A DNA stretch of 64,000 nt, from positions 23,622,001-23,686,000 of the forward strand of contig NC_135827.1 in NCBI RefSeq assembly GCF_964213995.1, read 5' to 3'. The stretch comes from Mustelus asterias (Eukaryota). Position 1 is the first letter of the stretch. Every line of letters starts with the position of its first letter. Shown here one piece after another: positions 37,405 to 49,620 of the stretch. The notes below the pieces were generated by a model. The model worked only from the letters and a program-made list of their open reading frames with translations, did no database searches and was not told the DNA's origin. Position numbers and translations under genes: made by a program.

Positions 37405-38426
37405 GGCCGCGATTTTACCGGTTCGCCCCACCAATTGATGGGCGGAGTGAGCTGGTATAACCGCGCGAGAGCCGAGAAATCAGGATCACGCCCTATTTCT
37501 CGGCCCTCGCGATCTTACCAGCATTGGATTTCCGACGTGTCAGCCTCTCACTCATTTCTGGCAAGAGGCTGAATAAATTGTTTAAATATATTTAAATATT
37601 AACTTGCTTGTGTTTATTGAACCGGCACTCAATTGTCCGCGCTCATTTGCCTTCATGGCCTCTCCAGGAGAGGTTCTCACCGGCGAGGAAAACACCTACT
37701 CCCCATGAAAGGGGAACAGTCGTGTTACCCTCGCCGGTAGAACCAGAGGTCATTGAGCTCCTGTGGGGAGGCCGAGAGCAAGCAGGGGGTGCTTCTTGGG
37801 CAGTGCCAACCTGGCACCTTGGCAATACCCACTGGAGTCTGCAGGGCAGGGCCTGAAGGGGGACTTGGGAGGGGTGGGGTGGGGGGGCAGGACCTGAAGG
37901 GGGCTATTTGGTGTAAGGTCTGGAGGGGGCTATGAGGGCGGAGCCTGGAGTGTGTGGGCCAGGCCGGGGCAGTCCGATCAGGGAGAGAGGGGGGCCCGCT
38001 GCCACTCTGCAGCTGCGATCGATGGGGAAGGGGGGGGCGTGACTGGTCTGGGTGGTGGGAGGACAGTGGAAGCTACACAGGTAGTATGGGGCTTGCGATT
38101 GGCCACGGGCTCCCATGATTGTTGGGGGGGTTTGGGGGTGCTGGTTGAGGCTCGCTCCAGCAACAGAGGCCTGACAGATCTCTCTCTCAGGCCTCTGCTG
38201 CTAGAATTGTGCGTGTGCAACCTCAGAGGCCTGCATATGCGCAAAAGCTCTCTCTGCTGCTGGCTGGCGGATTAAGCCCCACTCACTGCCTGTAGTAGCT
38301 AGAAACAGTCTCGCTCATTTTTTCATACACTATGTGCATAAGATTGGGAGTAAAAACTCACCATCTGCAACTCTCCCATCATCATGCCAGCTGGACGCTT
38401 CGAATTTTTGTAGGAAAATTCCACCC
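37405..38426. mobile_element. ~1 kb non-autonomous Harbinger-like element, TSD AAT
   Basis: aat|ggccgcgattttacc ... ggaaaattccaccc|aat; CpG-rich interior with internal hairpins (38158-38202). Confidence 0.7.
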
Positions 38427-40522
38427 AATGTACCTCTCTGCCAGATAGGATTCTGTTCATCAAAAATCTATGTGCACTTCTAATACAAAAATATCCGTGA
38501 CTGAGAATTATTTCAGAATGATTGTCTGCCTCATGAGTCATCAATGTTTTGTGTTTGGATTGCTGTAACTGTTGCATCTGGGAGTTATTATTCAGTTGAC
38601 TTTTATTTCCCCTATGTATATATTTTATTGTATTTTAAAATTTTCGGCCAGCCAGTATGGATCCACTCTTGGAGCTTCATTTCCAATATGTAAATAAAAA
38701 AACTACTGAGAAATCCAAAGTTTGATTTGAACAGGGGCAGGAGCATGTGCTCCACTGTCTTGGAATAATCCAGAGTTGTCTCCTGGTGTGAATGCTGTCA
38801 GAAGTGGCAAAAAAATAAGTTGGGAGCCCCAAGGGCATTGAGTCTATGCCTACTGTCTTGGTTTGTCTGTTAGGGTTGGCTCTGTGAGGGCTTCCAGAAT
38901 CCAGGTGTTAAAATGCAGCTGCATTGTTGATGATGTAATCAGGCCATGAGTAGACATCCACTTGTTGAGGGTGGGCAGAAATCCTGACTAAAGAAAAGAA
39001 TATATGGTGGAGCAATGAATTGGAACCCTCTCCCTTCTTTCCCCAACCCATGTCTGTGCAGTTCCTCTGGCGAAGAAGTCTAATGACTTTGGGGGTTGCT
39101 GAGCATCAAGGGAGCTCGTTTTAAAAAACCCTCTGCTGTCTTCCTAATTTGACTGTTCCCACCCTTCGACTCAAACCGAAAAAACAAAGCAAAATGCAAA
39201 AAGGAGGCACAAACGACATAGAACAAGGAAAGCAGAATCAAGATAAAGAGCAAAAAAAAGAATTTGGAAAGAAAAATTTTCCGCAAAAGAAGCAAGTATG
39301 TCAAAAGATGAAACTGAAACGGAGAATGATAAAGTGGAAAGTGAAAACCTGAATAGGACTTGCAGCATTGCACAGTATCTGATTAACAAAAACACTAATG
39401 TTCTTGTATTTGCCCTCTCACCCCTTTACCCACATCAAATTGGCAGAGGTTAATAATTGCAAATGAAGCTAAACATGAAAGAATCACTTGTGGGTGAGCC
39501 AACATTTTAAATGATGCAAGCTTTCAGGGCAGCTGTGTTTCATGTCAGGATACTGCAGTTGGTGAGCAATTTCAGGCTACTGGTAAATGAATTGGCTGCC
39601 CTTTTTTTTTTTAAAAAAAGAAAAATATTACCTGACATGGTGGTTCATGAATCTGCTCCAAGGCTTCTCTGCAATATTGTTCTGACGCAGAGTTTTATAA
39701 AAATGTTGAACAAATTGAGTTGACTCTCTTGCTAAGATGAGCATCTGTGAATGGAAAGTTACAAGTGAAAGCATGTATACTGCACAGGACTGTTCACTGC
39801 TGGAGGACCTAAAATCTTCGGCTAAATTTTCAGAGGAACGATTCCATTGCAAGGTGTTATTTGGATCTATAAGTCAACAATATCAACTAACATTTATGTT
39901 GTGCCTTTAATGTCGAAAGATCCAAAGATCATTCAGCCAAAGATGAATGTTGGGCTAACAGACTGGGAGGTGGCAATTGAAAACGAGATTCAAGTGGTGG
40001 ATATCAAAAAAGGGATTGTATCAGGAGAGGGAATAGGAGATGTGGAGGGGTTTAGTGAATTCCAGAGCATGAAGCTTACTTGGCTGAAAGTACAACTACT
40101 AATGATAAGGAAAAGGGAGGGGGAAATACACAGAAGACCATGGTCTTAGTAATGGAAGGTCGAAAGATAGTAGGAAGGGTCAGAGTCATGAAGGAGTTCA
40201 AATAGTAAGTAGAATGCAGATTTTACATTTGAATTGGAGAACCAGGAACCAATGGAGATCAGCAAGGACAGGAGCAAGGCTTTTAACAGGATAGGATAGG
40301 ATGTGGGCATCAGAATTTTGGATGAGCTTGAGCTAAAAAATGGTGCTGTAGATCAACCAAGAGTGCTTCGGAATAGTCAACTCTGGGGGTAATAAAGACA
40401 TGAATGAGAGTTTCAGTGGCAGATGGACTGAGGCAGGAACAATAGGCAGGTGATCTGTGATGGAGAGAATATGAGGTCAAGAGTTCACCTTAGCCTCTTT
40501 AGGATGCCAAGATAATTTGTGT

Positions 40523-40812
40523 GTGGCACGGTGGTACAGTGGTTAGCACTGCTGCCTCACAGAGCCAGGGACCCAGGTTTGATACCTGTACTGGGTGACT
40601 GTGTGGAGTTTCCTCCGGGTGCACCGGTTTCCTTCCACAGTCCAAAGATGTGCGTGTTAGGTGGATTGGCCAGGCTAAATTGCCCCTTATTGTCAGGGAG
40701 ATTAGCTAGGGTAAATGCATGGGGATAGAGCCTGGGTGGAACTTTGGTCGGTGCATACTCAATGCGCCAAGTGGCCTCCTTCTGCACTGTAGGATTCCAT
40801 GATTCTATGATA
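40523..40812 (+). mobile_element. HE1-type SINE nested in L2
   Basis: ggcacggtggtacagtggttagcactgctgcctcacag ... ccttctgcactgtaggattccatgattctatga. Confidence 0.9.
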
Positions 40813-40892
40813 ATGAGTAGTGCTGCCCGGCCTGACACAGTGCCTAAATGAAAGATGGAATCAAGCCAGGGGTGATGACCTTCAGTCTTCCC

Positions 40893-41260
40893 AGTGGTTA
40901 GTGGTATTGTCGTTAGACTAGTAATCCAGAGGCCCAGGCTAATGCTTTGGGGGCAAGGGGTCAGATCCCACTCTGTCAGCTAGTGGAATTTAAATTAAAT
41001 TAATATATCTGGAATTGCAAATCTTGGTAATGGTGGCCATGAAACAATTATTGTAAAAAGCCAACTGGTTCGCGAACGTCCTTCAGGGAAGGAAATCTGC
41101 CATCTTTATCTGGTCTGCGTACATGTGACTCCAGAGCCATAGCAATGTGGTTGGTTTTTAATTGCCCCTGAAATAGCCTAGCAAACAATTAGAGGTGGGG
41201 ATGGGCAACAAATACTGGCCTTCTCAGCGACACCCACATTGCAAGAAATAATTTTTTAAA
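40893..41260 (+). mobile_element. tRNA-derived SINE (second family) sharing its 3' tail with the CR1-group LINE of 1605/10890/15745
   Basis: Head agtggtatt.tc...agactagtaatccaga...gggtcagatccca; tail gatgggcaacaaatactggcc....agcgacacccacat; homologous to 62355-62728. Confidence 0.75.
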
Positions 41261-43324
41261 ACTGGAGAAAGCTGGGTCTCATCCAAGACTGGACACCAGG
41301 CAAATCACCTAACAAGTGGAAGATCGGAGGCAAGTTGGGAACAGTGGTCTCCAATCCTGCTCTTCTAAAGTGAGCTGGTAGTGGACCCTCCAAAATAAAG
41401 TAACCCAATAACCTATTGTGATTCATTTTTGTCTGATTTTAAAGAATACTAGTTTGGTTATTCTAGTTATCCCTCTGGTTCATAGAGATTTGGTTTTATT
41501 CTTTTTGGGACTGTGTTAAAAAAATAATGAAAATGATGAGCTTTTCGAATGTTGCTCATTCTATTTTTTACTTTGGAGAGGCATCTCTTGATTACAAAGC
41601 TGGAATAATCACAACCCTAGCAATGAATGTTGAGCAGTGTCACTGAACACACAGATAAAAATGTGGCAGGCTGTGGGTCCAGCTGGTCCATTTAGATGCT
41701 GAAGATGGTGTTCTTTCATCAATTGGTATTAGATTTTTGAAAGAAATGTTTTATTGTGCAACCCGACTGCACATTTCACTGGGCATGGGCAGGGGGACTG
41801 GGAGGGGAGACTTTGTAAAATTCAAATTAACAAATTTGCAATCTAATTTGGGCCACAGAATGTTTGGTGTAGGAAATTGAAGTAAATGTTGTGGTGTAGT
41901 AGCTTTGCCTCCCTTGAGTAGTTTGAGACAAAATAATGGGAGCTTAACTCTACAACTGTGCATCTGCCTTGCGAGTTCTTGATGCTGAGTGGCAGCCACA
42001 AAAAGAAATAGATAAAATTAAATGAATAGTATGAAGGTGAAGTGGGTTATAACATACATTAGCAGTAGTATTTTATCGAACTCTAGAAGGAGAAACCAGT
42101 AGAATTGGTGAGGAATCTTCCGTCCATTGTTAACAGTTTTATTGTTACCACTTACAGTGATTAATATTTTATGAGCACTGCAGTAATGAAATGAAGTATA
42201 CCATATATTTGTTTGTGCAAAGGTTAATGTGAATCCATTTCCTAATGGATGAGCTTGCTGCAGAGTTGAATCTTTTAATTGGAAAGTAATTATATGTCGC
42301 CTTGTTAGATACAAGGTTTTACTAATTTAAAATAAAGCCATCAAAACTCCTTGGAAAATTGAATGAACTGTGTCATAGTCACCACAAAATCTTGAAACAT
42401 TGTTGCGCCACCTTTTAAACGTCAGATCATCCAGGACCTTTATTATTGCTTGTTAGGAAAATAGCAAATATTTTGAGTCACTTGATTCTGCAAGAATGTC
42501 GCAGTCAGGTAGAAAAATGCATTAGAAAGCAGTATCCCAAATGAACATTTCTGCATGAGGGCATTGAATGTGTTTAGATTTTCAAAATTACAAGGGAAGC
42601 TTACTATTTTAATTTTTTTCAGAAATTGTAATGAAATATCAATACATGAATCTCAGAATTACAATTAATTGGATTAATTCTGAAGTGTTGTATTTGAAGT
42701 GTTGTATTAGCCATGGTAAAATTAAACCAATAAAATGGTTCAGTTATTTGCATGTTCGTCATCTGGGTACATTGAGCGCTACTTAATCAAATGTATATTC
42801 GTGCAGAATAAGAAAGTATTTGTCTGATCAGCTTCAATTTTCAGTGTTTTGCAAACAACAATGGCATTTCTCAAGGCATATTTGGATTCTGTATTTTAAA
42901 ACTGTTGGAAAGGTAAGCCAGAAGCTTTTTATTCCCCTCTGTCTTCGTAACACCCTTCTTTTTTTGAAGATTCCTTGTACACCAAAAAGTAAACAAATTA
43001 GTATTCATTCACCATCAAGCGGGCAAGAGGTCTATTCTGAGGTTTTTGTTAGTAGCAACATATTTGGTACATAATTGTGGTGAGGGTTGACTCACTCAGC
43101 TTGTGCTGAATGGAGCATCTAACTTCTCATCAACAACTTTGCCAAGATCAGGGATGCAATTTATGGGTAATTGTGGGGCCGACATTTATCCTACAATTTC
43201 TTAACGCAGGCACATTTTTGCACAACTAGTTCCACCATTGGATAATTGAGGAACTGATGCCACATTAGCAGCAAGTAGTGTTTATGATAACTGACACATT
43301 CAGGGTAGACAACAGATAAACAGT

Positions 43325-43672
43325 GGGCGGCACGGCAGCACAGTGGTTAGCACTGCTGCTTCACAGCTCCAGGGTCCCGGGTTCGATTCCCGGCTCGGGT
43401 CACTGTCTGTGTGGAGTTTGCACATTCTCCTCGTGTCTGCGTGGGTTTCCTCCGGGTGCTCCGGTTTCCTCCCACAGTCCAAAGATGTCCGGGTTAGGTT
43501 GATTGGCCAGGTTAAAAAAAAAAAATTGCCCCTTAGTGTCCTGGGATGTGTAGGTTAGAGGGATTAGCGGGTAAATATGTGGGGGTAGGGCCTGGGTGGG
43601 ATTGTGGTCGGTGCAGACTCGATGGGCCGAATGGCCTCCTTCTGCACTGTAGGGTTTCTATGATTTCTATGA
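43325..43672 (+). mobile_element. HE1-type SINE, full length, young
   Basis: Nearly identical to 11069-11414. Confidence 0.94.
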
Positions 43673-44073
43673 GATGCATTCTTTGTCATAGTAAGACAAA
43701 TAAGATTATTAGCAGCATACTCCAATGAGTACTGTTTAGCATTCAGAAATTACTGTCAGCAGAGATGCTTAGTGCTGCTCAACTGAAAGCACTCTGTTGC
43801 CTTGGGAGCTTCTAAAACTTTAACAGGAGAAATAATTGTTTTCCAGTGGTTGTCCCAGGTGTGGCTACTTTCCAAAATAGTATCTTCTGGTAATGGAAAC
43901 TGACTGTAGTGACTTAACTTTCATGTATAATTACAGAGAGGTGTAACACTTGACAATCCCTACGGAGACACTGCAATGTGGAAATTTTCACCTGTACTTT
44001 TTGCAAGTATTAAAAGGGTAGTATAATTATTGAGATGTGAAATGAAGTAAGGCAAGTTAAAGTCAAATGGCCT

Positions 44074-44176
44074 CTGCCGGAATCACCCAGTCCTGTAAAA
44101 AGTCAATGGACTTTTGGCTTGGCTGCCACACTTCCTACGCCAGATCCCCCACAGCAGGGCTGGAAAATCCTGACCC
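44074..44176. mobile_element. Diverged short MITE related to the 35650 family
   Basis: gccggaatcaccc ... aagtcaatggac ... ggaaaatcctgaccc. Confidence 0.45.
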
Positions 44177-44439
44177 TATTTAATGGTTTCCTAAAATTAG
44201 AAGAGAACTACTCTCATCCACTCAAACCAGGTTTTCTTTTGGCCTTCTTCTCTAGGGTACCTTTGGTAGTCCTGACATTTTTTCCCCACTCCCAAATCTC
44301 TCTCATCAGCTTTGGTGTTTGTGCTCTGTTGTCCAATGCCTCCCTTTGCTTGTTCAGCTGCTTCATCCTGTCACTTCTGCCTGGAGAAAGTGATTGATGT
44401 ACAAATACGGCAGTTATTCCTATGGCGTATACAATGCAC

Positions 44440-44772
44440 GATGTGGAAATACCAGCGTTGGACTGGGATAAACACAGTAAGGAGTCTAACAACACCAGGT
44501 TAAAGTCCCAACAGGTTTATTTGGTAGCAAACGTCACTAGCTTTCGGAGCGCTGCTCCTTCGTCAGATGGAGTGGAAATCTGCTCTCAAACAGGGCACAG
44601 AGACACAAAATCAAGTTACAGAATACTGTAACTTGATTTTGTGTCTCTGTGCCCTGTTTGAGAGCAGATTTCCACTCCATCTGACGAAGGAGCAGCGCTC
44701 CGAAAGCTAGTGGCGTTTGCTACCAAATAAACCTGTTGGACTTTAACCTGGTGTTGTTAGACTCTTTACTGT
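44440..44772 (-). mobile_element. Palindromic PLE-derived mini-element, family B; 13-bp TSD
   Basis: ~150-bp near-perfect inverted arms centred at 44622-44625; a ~33-bp unique tail on the left; TSD GTATACAATGCAC at 44427-44439 and 44773-44785. Confidence 0.93.
44677..44713 (+). ncRNA. Minimal type-I hammerhead ribozyme motif (mirror copy at 44534-44570 on the minus strand)
   Basis: CCAU-CUGACGA-A-GGAGC(AGC)GCUCC-GAA-AGCU-A-GUGG: stem I CCAU/GUGG, 5-bp stem II, palindromic stem III AGCU. Confidence 0.7.
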
Positions 44773-45659
44773 GTATACAATGCACTCCAGTGCATCCACA
44801 CAACATACTGAATCTACATAGTTTTGTTCAGTTCGCCTTCTAAATGCTCATATAATTTGCCCTAAGTGCACATACAAGAGTTTCAAAGGGCAACAAAACC
44901 AATCCAACACCTAATTTGGTTGTGGGATCAAAAAGAGTACAAAATAGTACAATCTTCGAAACAAAAATAAGCTTCTACTTTGTACTAGCTTTTCATCCAA
45001 CCCGTAAAACACCAAAGCATGACAGTGATGCATGTTTTCAATGAAGTACTCTTTCAAAATGAAGCACTGATGAAATGAACAACATTAATAATTGATTATC
45101 AAGATACAGCGTAGGTAGTGAATGAAACCACATATTCATCGATATACTATGTGGTTGGGAATTCAGTTACTTCACAAAATAGATTTACATTAACTCTGTG
45201 CATTTGTGAATATCGATGGCCGTGGTTAGAACTTTAAAATATAAATGAGACCACTGGCAAGGGTGACCTGATGAATTGTATTTTGTTTAGACTATAGGAA
45301 GGCAGGTTTATGCTTGGTGGTGATTCAGTGTGTCAGTGAGGCTGGATCTTGTGGTAAGTGGCAAAGCAACAGTGGTTAACCTTGAGACCTAGTGATCACT
45401 GGTGCGGATTTCCCCTTTCCCAACGTCAGTTTGTTTCTGGTGCCAAGCCAAGGGAATCTCCAGGTGCCCAACAACAGTGATGTCATCAAATGGGGCAAGC
45501 ATTCAGTTACATTGAAGTTTTCTCTCAGACAACCAACTGTGAAATTAAAACCATTGAATCCTTTCACATCTATTTTTAACATTTTTAAGAGTAAAATAGA
45601 TGATTGGGGGAAACCTGACTGAAGGGTGATGAGAACATCCCCATAAATTAACCCTCCCA

Positions 45660-45957
45660 TGATGACACAGTGTTTAGCACTGCTGCCTCACAGCGCCAGG
45701 GACCTGGTTCGATTCCGGCCTTGGGTCACTGTCTGTGTGGAGTCTGTCCATTCTCCCTGTGTCTGCATGGGTTTCCTCGAGGTGCTCCGGTTTCCTCCCA
45801 CAGTCCGAAAGACGTGCTGATTAGATGCATTGGCCATGCTAAATTCTCCCTCCGTGTACCCGAACAGGTGCCGAAGTGTGACGACTAGGGGATTTTCACA
45901 GTGACTTTATTGCAGTGTTAATGTAAGCCTACTTGTGACACTAATAATAAATAAATT
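45660..45957 (+). mobile_element. HE1-headed SINE, tail B
   Basis: Tail gactaggggattttcacagtgactttattgcagtgttaatgtaagcctacttgtgacactaataataaataaa. Confidence 0.9.
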
Positions 45958-45989
45958 AGTTATAGGTTCAAACACTTGCCAAGACTTTA

Positions 45990-47545
45990 ATAGTAGCAGT
46001 GTGGCTCTTATCATCAAATCGTACCTTGGCCAGGTCGCTTTCTCCTCCCTTTGAGCATTTCACCTTGTTCCAGCTCTCTCTCTCTCCTCTTAAAATCCTT
46101 GTTCTCTACCAACCATCCACGTACCTGAGCCCCAGCACTGAACAACTTTTTATCCTCAGTGATTAAACCTCCAACTCAACCCATTATACTCTCTGCTTTG
46201 TTAACTGCTCTCCTTCCCTTCCTTAATCTCTTCCATGTGAACTTTCCAGACCACATTCATTGCCACCCTTGTGATCTGGCTACTTTTATGTGGCCTCATT
46301 AGTCCCATTGTATTAATCATAGATCAGGCCATGGCTGATCACTTCCTTGTATCACTCTTCTATGTTCCCCTCTCAAACCTACTTGCTTCTGACTTCATCC
46401 TTGGGGAGGAAAAGCAAACCTTTCAACAATTCACTTATGACGCACATTCAAAATCTCAATTGTCTAACCTTTGTCCCTCCTTTTGTCACGAAACATGAGC
46501 AGTTATTGATTTTCTCACCTCCATCTTAGATGCTATGGTCCCTTCTAAACTCTTTACTCTCTTGGACTGCGACCATTCATCTCATCTCTGCTTCATTAAG
46601 TCCAAAGGACACCTGAACAGATATGGCAGGCAACTCGTTTAGCCATTCACTGCCAGAACTGTGCTGTGTCTCATAAAGCACTTTTGTGTCAATTCTCAAC
46701 TGCCAGAACAGCTCAATATCCCAGAGTAATCTGGAATGCAAAGGTAAACTCTGGCTTCCCTCTCTGATGCAAACCATTTCCTTAAACCCTTAACCACCTA
46801 GAAGGAGAAGGGCAGCAGATGCATGGGAACGTCATCACCTGCAAGTTCCTTCACTGTCCTCTAGACTTAATCACAACAAGCATGAAGAGCCTATTTACTA
46901 CTTTTTAAGATTGACACCTTATGATCAGCTGTTTCTGCTACTTCTCTTCCGGTGCCTGAAGATTCCCCCTGCCCTAGCCCAGTACACAAATCATTCTCTA
47001 GCTTTTCTCTTCATGCTCTCTCTGAGCTCATCTTGTCAATGAAGACGTAACTTCTGTTTGACCCTTTTTCTAATAAACGCTGACCTCCCAAAATTCCTTC
47101 CTGGTTCTCATCTGATATCGTTAACAGTTCTCACTCTTGAGGTTCATTCCTTTTCCCCCTTAAAATTTGACATAATCAACCTTCTCAAACAAAGCCAACC
47201 CTTGACCTCACCATCCTCACCATGTCATCTGCAACTTGCTTTTCCTCTCAAATCTATTTTGTGCCTCTTAAATCCGTGCTTTTCTTTCCTGGAACTCCAT
47301 GTTTGAAGCCCTCCAGTCAGGTTTCTGCCCCTGCCGCAGTGCTAAACCAGCTCTTATAGAAGTCATATTCCAGACTACCCTGACAGAAGTAGACTATTCC
47401 CCATCCTTCTTGACCTATCTGTTGCCTTCAACAAAGTTGATTGTGAAATTCTGCTCCAGTGCCTCTCAACCAACAACCAGCTGTGTGGGACTGCAGATCA
47501 TAGCTAATGACTTTGCTTCCTGTTCCCACTCTGTTACTCAGTCGA
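45990..47545 (+). mobile_element. Decayed L2 LINE ORF2 (endonuclease through early RT)
   Basis: Pyrimidine-rich. ~47300-47465 translates LQSGFCPCRSAKPALIEV...LLDLSVAFNKVD.EILLQCL, matching the L2 RT motif QSGFR..HSTETAL..LDLSAAFDTVDH. Confidence 0.75.
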
Positions 47546-47650
47546 GAAATAGAAGGGAACCATGTTCATAGGTTTCCGTTGATTATAGTCTGCGAGGACC
47601 ATCAACAGTGCACTTTCTGCAGAAATGTAAAATCACTTCCAGAAACTTCT

Positions 47651-48083
47651 AAATAAAAGCAAATTACTGCGGATTCGGAAATCTGAAACCAGAAGAGAAA
47701 ATGCTGAAAAATCTCAGCAGGTCTGGCAGCATCTGTAAGGAGAGAAAAGAGCTGAAGTTTTGAGTCCAAATGACCCTTTGTCAAAGCTAAAAGGCATAGA
47801 AAGTGGGAGATATTTATACTGCAGGGTGAGGGAATGAAAGATGAGTCATAGCCACAAAACAAGGGGAAGGGCTTGCTAATGACAGTCCATAGAGAGAATA
47901 AAAGGTGTGAATGGCCAAGCGGCAGAGAAGCTGAAATCAGAGGATAAACTGTGACAGATGAAGATGTGAGGGGAGGGGGGGATGAGTGGGAGAGAGATAA
48001 AATGGAGAAAAAGGTGGAGAAAAGGTAAGGAAACAGGGGATAAAATAGGGGGGAAGAAAAATAAAGAAGTAAAAGGTAGAGAA
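47651..48083 (-). mobile_element. PLE 3' terminal region, family A-like
   Basis: aaataaaagcaaattactgcggat..ggaaatctgaaac...atctcagcaggtctggcagcatctg; degenerate hammerhead at ~47750-47790; TSD-like cag(a/c)aacttct at 47640-47650 and 48084-48094. Confidence 0.8.
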
Positions 48084-48706
48084 CAGCAACTTCTGGGTTG
48101 TGCATATGCAGCTCTAAAAATCGCTGTCAATTTCAGTGGAGCAATGATGTTGAGCACTGATGATTTTGGCATCATTACTACTGCATAATCTAGGCTGATG
48201 AATTTTATTCAAGGGAGAGACTAATCATTCATTATTGTTGTCTCGATCAATGCTATTATAACATTAAGGCAACATGTCACAGAGATTATGAGGAACTTTC
48301 AGAAAGATTAGTACTGACTGCCATGAGCATTCTCAATGACTGCCATAAGCATGAAGAATGGAAATGGGAAGAAGCAGTCCAGATTTATGCTGACTGTATT
48401 TCTTCCAATCACTAATACAGATGGAAATAAATAGGTTGATTCAAGTCACAAGATGTACTGTAACAATACAAAGTGCAATGCTTAATCTAACAGTGCAATT
48501 AGCCTCTGGTCAGAATACTTTCACTGAGTTTTCTCACTGGCATATCGGAAATCAGTAGGTAAATTGAACGATAGAACTCACATTTTGGGCATACACTATG
48601 AGATTGAGGTAGAAAAAAATATCAAACGTTTTAAAAGTTATTTTAACAATGTGTGAAATTTCTTTTTATAATGTAGAAACTTGATGTGCAACAAGTTTTT
48701 TAGGAA

Positions 48707-48833
48707 GACTTGGGATTTTACGGCCTCGTTTGAGCGAGACCGGAAATTCCCATCCGAGGTCAACGGACATTACTGTTGTCCACCCCTCGCACACTCTGAT
48801 TCCATGGCGGGCGAGGTGGTCGAATTCCAGCGT
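48707..48833. mobile_element. Short MITE of the 35650 family, opposite orientation
   Basis: tgggattttacgg...ggaaattcccatccgaggtcaa...ggtcgaattccagc is reverse-complement homologous to 35650-35762. Confidence 0.7.
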
Positions 48834-49409
48834 GGGTGTTCAGTAGTAATGATAGCACAGAACCACCAATTAGCAAGGTGTGACTTTCAAGAGTTTGCAT
48901 GCATAAGAGCACTGGCCAGTGCAGTATTGTGTTAACATCTGTATGCTCGATGTATCTCTTTAGTAGGAACAGGGAAGAGGAAAATGATGCTGAGATTCCA
49001 CTTGCCATTACCTGGGATTTGCTGGAGCCTTGCAGCGTTATGCTGGTAGGCCCACAACTGTACTTCTGTTCCCTGTCTCATTATAAAACATGAAGCCAAG
49101 CAATCCTGTGAGCCTATGGCTATATTTGGCAGACCGATGGGAATGATCTGGGATACACATCACCCACTTCCTCCCAGTAAAGTGAAATCACTTCCTTCAA
49201 GTGACAGTGTCATATCAGGTAAAGAGGATGTTCTGGTAATATTTTGTTACTTTACATTCTTCTACTCCAATAGGATCAATCAAACTAATGAGAAAAGAAG
49301 TCACAAAATATCCCTTTTAAGATGTCTTTTTTTGAGACATCATTGTCGTGGGACATCTCTGAATTGGCTTCATATTATACAGCTGTATTTTCCAATAGCT
49401 TAAATGCTT

Positions 49410-49620
49410 AGCTAGAAAATCTCAGCCGGTCTGACAGCATCGGTGGAGATAGAATAGAGCCAACATTTCAAGTTTGGATGATGCTTCATCAGAGCCTAGT
49501 CATCCAGACTCGAAACTTTGGCTCTACTCTCTCTCCACAGATGCTGTTAGAGTTGCTGAGATTTTCCAGCATTTTCTGTTTTTGTTTCAGATTCCAGCAT
49601 CCGCAGTATTTTGCTTTTAA
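49410..49620 (+). mobile_element. Palindromic PLE-derived mini-element, family A; 11-bp TSD
   Basis: Inverted arms around ~49495; TSD CTTAAATGCTT at 49399-49409 and 49621-49631. Confidence 0.88.

Larger units (their letters stand above)
39885..41330 (-). mobile_element. Old L2 LINE 3' region, interrupted by two SINEs
   Basis: Purine-rich plus strand with the recalled L2 3'-end pattern (catttat...gcctttaa; gaattccagagc...ggctgaa; accaggaaccaatggagatcagcaaggacagg; ggaatagtcaa). Confidence 0.6.

Noticed and set aside
44440-44772. Pre-miRNA or DNA-transposon (MITE) interpretation of the long hairpin
   Set aside because: The asymmetric tail, 13-bp TSD, variable fold-back point and hammerhead core fit PLE retrotransposition better.
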